Below are positions 59,801-64,000 of a stretch of 64,000 nucleotides of DNA, piece by piece. The position numbers and the translations under genes are program-made. Within the stretch, counting starts at the first letter, position 1. Every line of letters starts with the position of its first letter. The stretch is from an uncultured delta proteobacterium (GTDB lineage: Bacteria; Desulfobacterota; Binatia; HRBIN30; BPIQ01). The stretch lies in NCBI GenBank assembly GCA_963761335.1, contig CAVXGR010000016.1:332608-396607 (forward strand), written 5' to 3'. The notes beneath the pieces were generated by a model. That model was given only the letters and a program-made list of their open reading frames with translations, searched no databases and was not told where the DNA came from.

Positions 59801-62800
59801 CGCGGTCACATGACCGCGGCCCCATTGAAGCTCGTACTGAATCGCCCAGGCGGGGTGCGCCGGACCCGGACTTCCGCGGTCACATGACCGCGGCCCCATT
59901 GAAGCAGGCTGATGGCTGGTGGCTGCGCTCGGACGTGGTGTACTTCCGCGGTCACATGACCGCGGCCCCATTGAAGCATGCTCGGCCACGATGATTCCCC
60001 GCACCCGGGCTCACTTCCGCGGTCACATGACCGCGGCCCCATTGAAGCGCCAGCACCGCCCGCGCCTCTTCGTTCAGGAGTCGCTGACTTCCGCGGTCAC
60101 ATGACCGCGGCCCCATTGAAGCTTCCACGCGCTCCTCTCCACCGTCCTCGTGGCGAAACTTCCGCGGTCACATGACCGCGGCCCCATTGAAGCCATCTGT
60201 CCAGTGGTCCTGCCACAGGTAGGACATCAACTTCCGCGGTCACATGACCGCGGCCCCATTGAAGCTGACAACAGGCGGGATGCAATCTGCCGGGCCGTCC
60301 GACTTCCGCGGTCACATGACCGCGGCCCCATTGAAGCTTCCGCGGCACTCCTGGTGCCATCCATCGACCCAAACTTCCGCGGTCACATGACCGCGGCCCC
60401 ATTGAAGCCCCCACGGAGCCTTTGAGGGGGAGGTGCCGGTTGTACTTCCGCGGTCACATGACCGCGGCCCCATTGAAGCGCAGATTGCCGGTTAGGGCCT
60501 GCTGGTCCTCCTGACCGACTTCCGCGGTCACATGACCGCGGCCCCATTGAAGCGGGGGAGGGACCCGCTGGGCGAGCTGGTCGATTACCACTTCCGCGGT
60601 CACATGACCGCGGCCCCATTGAAGCCTTCTTGGCGGCGTTCTCGATCGCGGCGCCGACCGCACTTCCGCGGTCACATGACCGCGGCCCCATTGAAGCTCG
60701 GGGAACGGCATTCCCGCCTCCAGCGCGGCCCAACTTCCGCGGTCACATGACCGCGGCCCCATTGAAGCGATGGTGACGGCGCCGGAGTCGATTAGCTGAA
60801 GGGACTTCCGCGGTCACATGACCGCGGCCCCATTGAAGCAGGATGACGGGGCCGAGCCGCTCGGTGACCTTGTCCGCACTTCCGCGGTCACATGACCGCG
60901 GCCCCATTGAAGCGACAACCGCGCCGAAGCGTTCTCCGCTGAGCGGACGAGACTTCCGCGGTCACATGACCGCGGCCCCATTGAAGCCAACGGTAGCAGT
61001 TACGGGTGGTTGGAGCTACACGCTAACTTCCGCGGTCACATGACCGCGGCCCCATTGAAGCCCCGATACCGAGTCCCCATCAACCAGGGTCCAATCCGAC
61101 TTCCGCGGTCACATGACCGCGGCCCCATTGAAGCCCGGAGACCAGGAGGGGGGCTCCGCGGGGAACGTGATTACTTCCGCGGTCACATGACCGCGGCCCC
61201 ATTGAAGCGACAGCAGCTCGACGCCGTCGCCGGCGCGCAGGCAGACTTCCGCGGTCACATGACCGCGGCCCCATTGAAGCGAGTGGTGACGACCGGAGGC
61301 GCCGTGGCGCACGTTCTGACTTCCGCGGTCACATGACCGCGGCCCCATTGAAGCCCAGCTCGCCCCTGTGAGCGTCGCGTTCCCTGGTCAAACTTCCGCG
61401 GTCACATGACCGCGGCCCCATTGAAGCTGCGATTTTCGCCGCTCGTCCACGTTCCCGACCTTCCGCACTTCCGCGGTCACATGACCGCGGCCCCATTGAA
61501 GCTGGTACGCGGGCGCGTCGACGACCGGAGGGACGCTCACTTCCGCGGTCACATGACCGCGGCCCCATTGAAGCCTCGCCCTCCGCCTCCCACAGCACAT
61601 CTCCCTGCGGGCCACTTCCGCGGTCACATGACCGCGGCCCCATTGAAGCTGCACGTCGAGCAGATGCTGCGCCTGCTCGGCGCCGACTTCCGCGGTCACA
61701 TGACCGCGGCCCCATTGAAGCGCGTGATGGCGCGGTAGAGGCGACGCCATAGTAGCCCACTTCCGCGGTCACATGACCGCGGCCCCATTGAAGCGAGCTG
61801 GGCTTTACCCGCGCCGGATTCACGCTCGCACTTCCGCGGTCACATGACCGCGGCCCCATTGAAGCGTGGTGCCAGGGCCGAGAATCCGACGTGGCCGCCT
61901 AAACTTCCGCGGTCACATGACCGCGGCCCCATTGAAGCCACGCCGTCGCGGCGCAGCGCACGCGCGGTCGAGCAGCGACTTCCGCGGTCACATGACCGCG
62001 GCCCCATTGAAGCGCTCAGCTCCCGGGAGGCCCCTTGGCGATCGAGCACCACTTCCGCGGTCACATGACCGCGGCCCCATTGAAGCTCATTCTCGTGGTG
62101 CTGGGAATGAGCGCGCCGCCGGCGAACTTCCGCGGTCACATGACCGCGGCCCCATTGAAGCGGCAGATGGCTACTGAAGGGCGCACAGCTCTCCCTACTT
62201 CCGCGGTCACATGACCGCGGCCCCATTGAAGCCTGCCTAGACTTGCCGCACCGAAGACGGTATACAGCGGCAAACTTCCGCGGTCACATGACCGCGGCCC
62301 CATTGAAGCGACAACCGCGCCGAAGCGTTCTCCGCTGAGCGGACGAGACTTCCGCGGTCACATGACCGCGGCCCCATTGAAGCGTAAGTCAGCAGCTCTA
62401 GCCGCTCGCGTCTCCCCTCATACTTCCGCGGTCACATGACCGCGGCCCCATTGAAGCCTGCGGAGCATGGCGCGCCCCGTTGCGAGCACCGGACTTCCGC
62501 GGTCACATGACCGCGGCCCCATTGAAGCCAGGTCACGCCAGTCATGATCCACGAAGGTCGGGCGACTTCCGCGGTCACATGACCGCGGCCCCATTGAAGC
62601 GGCGGAGATTGCGCGGGAGCGGGAGCTTCAGGGGATTACTTCCGCGGTCACATGACCGCGGCCCCATTGAAGCTGCAGCGGCTCGGTGGCGCGCATGGCC
62701 GTGAAGCCACTTCCGCGGTCACATGACCGCGGCCCCATTGAAGCAGGACGCCTTCACCTCCCACATCCTCTGGAAGGTGCAACTTCCGCGGTCACATGAC

Positions 62801-63983
62801 CGCGGCCCCATTGAAGCCCGCTCCCTTTTCACCGCCCGCCCCCGGAAGCTCCGACTTCCGCGGTCACATGACCGCGGCCCCATTGAAGCCCGATCAGGTA
62901 GTCCAGGGAGGAGGCGTCCGCGGAGACTTCCGCGGTCACATGACCGCGGCCCCATTGAAGCCGGACCTATTCCGCCCGGTCCTCCTTCTACGGGGTGACT
63001 TCCGCGGTCACATGACCGCGGCCCCATTGAAGCCGACCCGCCCCCGAGCACCCCCGCCGCCGCGGTGGACTTCCGCGGTCACATGACCGCGGCCCCATTG
63101 AAGCCGCCGAGTACGCGATGAAGCTGCTTCGCGAGCGATTCATACTTCCGCGGTCACATGACCGCGGCCCCATTGAAGCTAGTCGATCGGCAGGCCGCCC
63201 GCCATGTTCTGGGCGACTTCCGCGGTCACATGACCGCGGCCCCATTGAAGCCCGACGCCCTGGTTGCCTGCGTCAGCCGGGCCGTGACACTTCCGCGGTC
63301 ACATGACCGCGGCCCCATTGAAGCTACCAAACCCGCTACAGCTTCTCGCTGCTCTGGGGCACTTCCGCGGTCACATGACCGCGGCCCCATTGAAGCAAGT
63401 CAACCGCCGAGGACATCACGCCGGCCGCCGACTACTTCCGCGGTCACATGACCGCGGCCCCATTGAAGCCCGTTCTCTGCGGTGCCGGGCGTGGCGGCAG
63501 ACTGGAACTTCCGCGGTCACATGACCGCGGCCCCATTGAAGCTTGTCGAAGTTGGTTGCGCGTCCGATTCCAAGCTGCTACTTCCGCGGTCACATGACCG
63601 CGGCCCCATTGAAGCGCCGATCCCGTCAATGCGGTGAGACGGGTCTGTAGCTGCACTTCCGCGGTCACATGACCGCGGCCCCATTGAAGCCCAAGAATCG
63701 CGGTGAGGGTATTGGCCATCGGGTGACTTCCGCGGTCACATGACCGCGGCCCCATTGAAGCGGGTGCGAAGTCCTGGGAGCCTCCGCTCCGGTAGTGCAG
63801 ACTTCCGCGGTCACATGACCGCGGCCCCATTGAAGCAGCGTGGCAGGTGTGGCTCATTTCGGGAACTCCTGCACGACTTCCGCGGTCACATGACCGCGGC
63901 CCCATTGAAGCGACGAGGAGATCCCGCCGCTGATCGAGGAGGACCCGACTTCCGCGGTCACATGACCGCGGCCCCATTTGCTG
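56802..63983 (+). CRISPR. CRISPR array, about 99 repeats of ACTTCCGCGGTCACATGACCGCGGCCCCATTGAAGC (36 bp), spacers about 34-42 bp
   Basis: Manual count; internal palindrome CCGCGGTCA/TGACCGCGG; ATTGAAGC 3' end; last repeat (63948) degenerate at its 3' end (CCCCATTTGCTG). Confidence 0.99.
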
Positions 63984-64000
63984 GCGACGACCGCCGAGCG

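Noticed and set aside
56838..63947. Self-targeting spacers against this window
   Set aside because: None noticed by eye; needs an alignment, so not claimed either way
56736..63977. Many ORFs with MGPRSCDRGS / MTAAPLK / LQWGRGHVTAEV repeats
   Set aside because: Translations of the CRISPR repeat, not proteins

Overview
High-GC bacterial window. The CVGDC/dockerin-like and Pro-Thr-rich secreted proteins suggest a Binatia/Deltaproteobacteria-like host (inference only). The first 40 kb holds: a multi-PAS histidine kinase; an FAD oxidoreductase and MFS transporter; a large secreted modular protein; an orphan GDP-fucose synthase; a CarH/LitR-type B12 regulator linked to lipocalin, DUF1295, DUF2878 and chalcone-isomerase-like genes; a glycosyltransferase cluster containing an HPr-kinase-like gene and a PqqD protein with a lasso-leader-like tail; an LLM oxidoreductase, esterase and AraC regulator; two sulfatases; a 1,600-aa secreted FG-GAP protein; and an IS1380 element that truncates a second AraC copy. 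The last 23 kb is a type I-G (I-U) CRISPR-Cas locus: cas3 (frameshifted as sequenced), cas8g/csx17, csb1, csb2, cas2, cas4-cas1, a leader and about 99 36-bp repeats. Two non-cas modules sit inside this locus. One is a small-protein plus nucleotidyltransferase pair, with the small protein fused in frame to the Cas3 HD domain. The other is a SNF2 helicase plus SWIM zinc-finger pair. Family calls come from motif recognition, not database searches.
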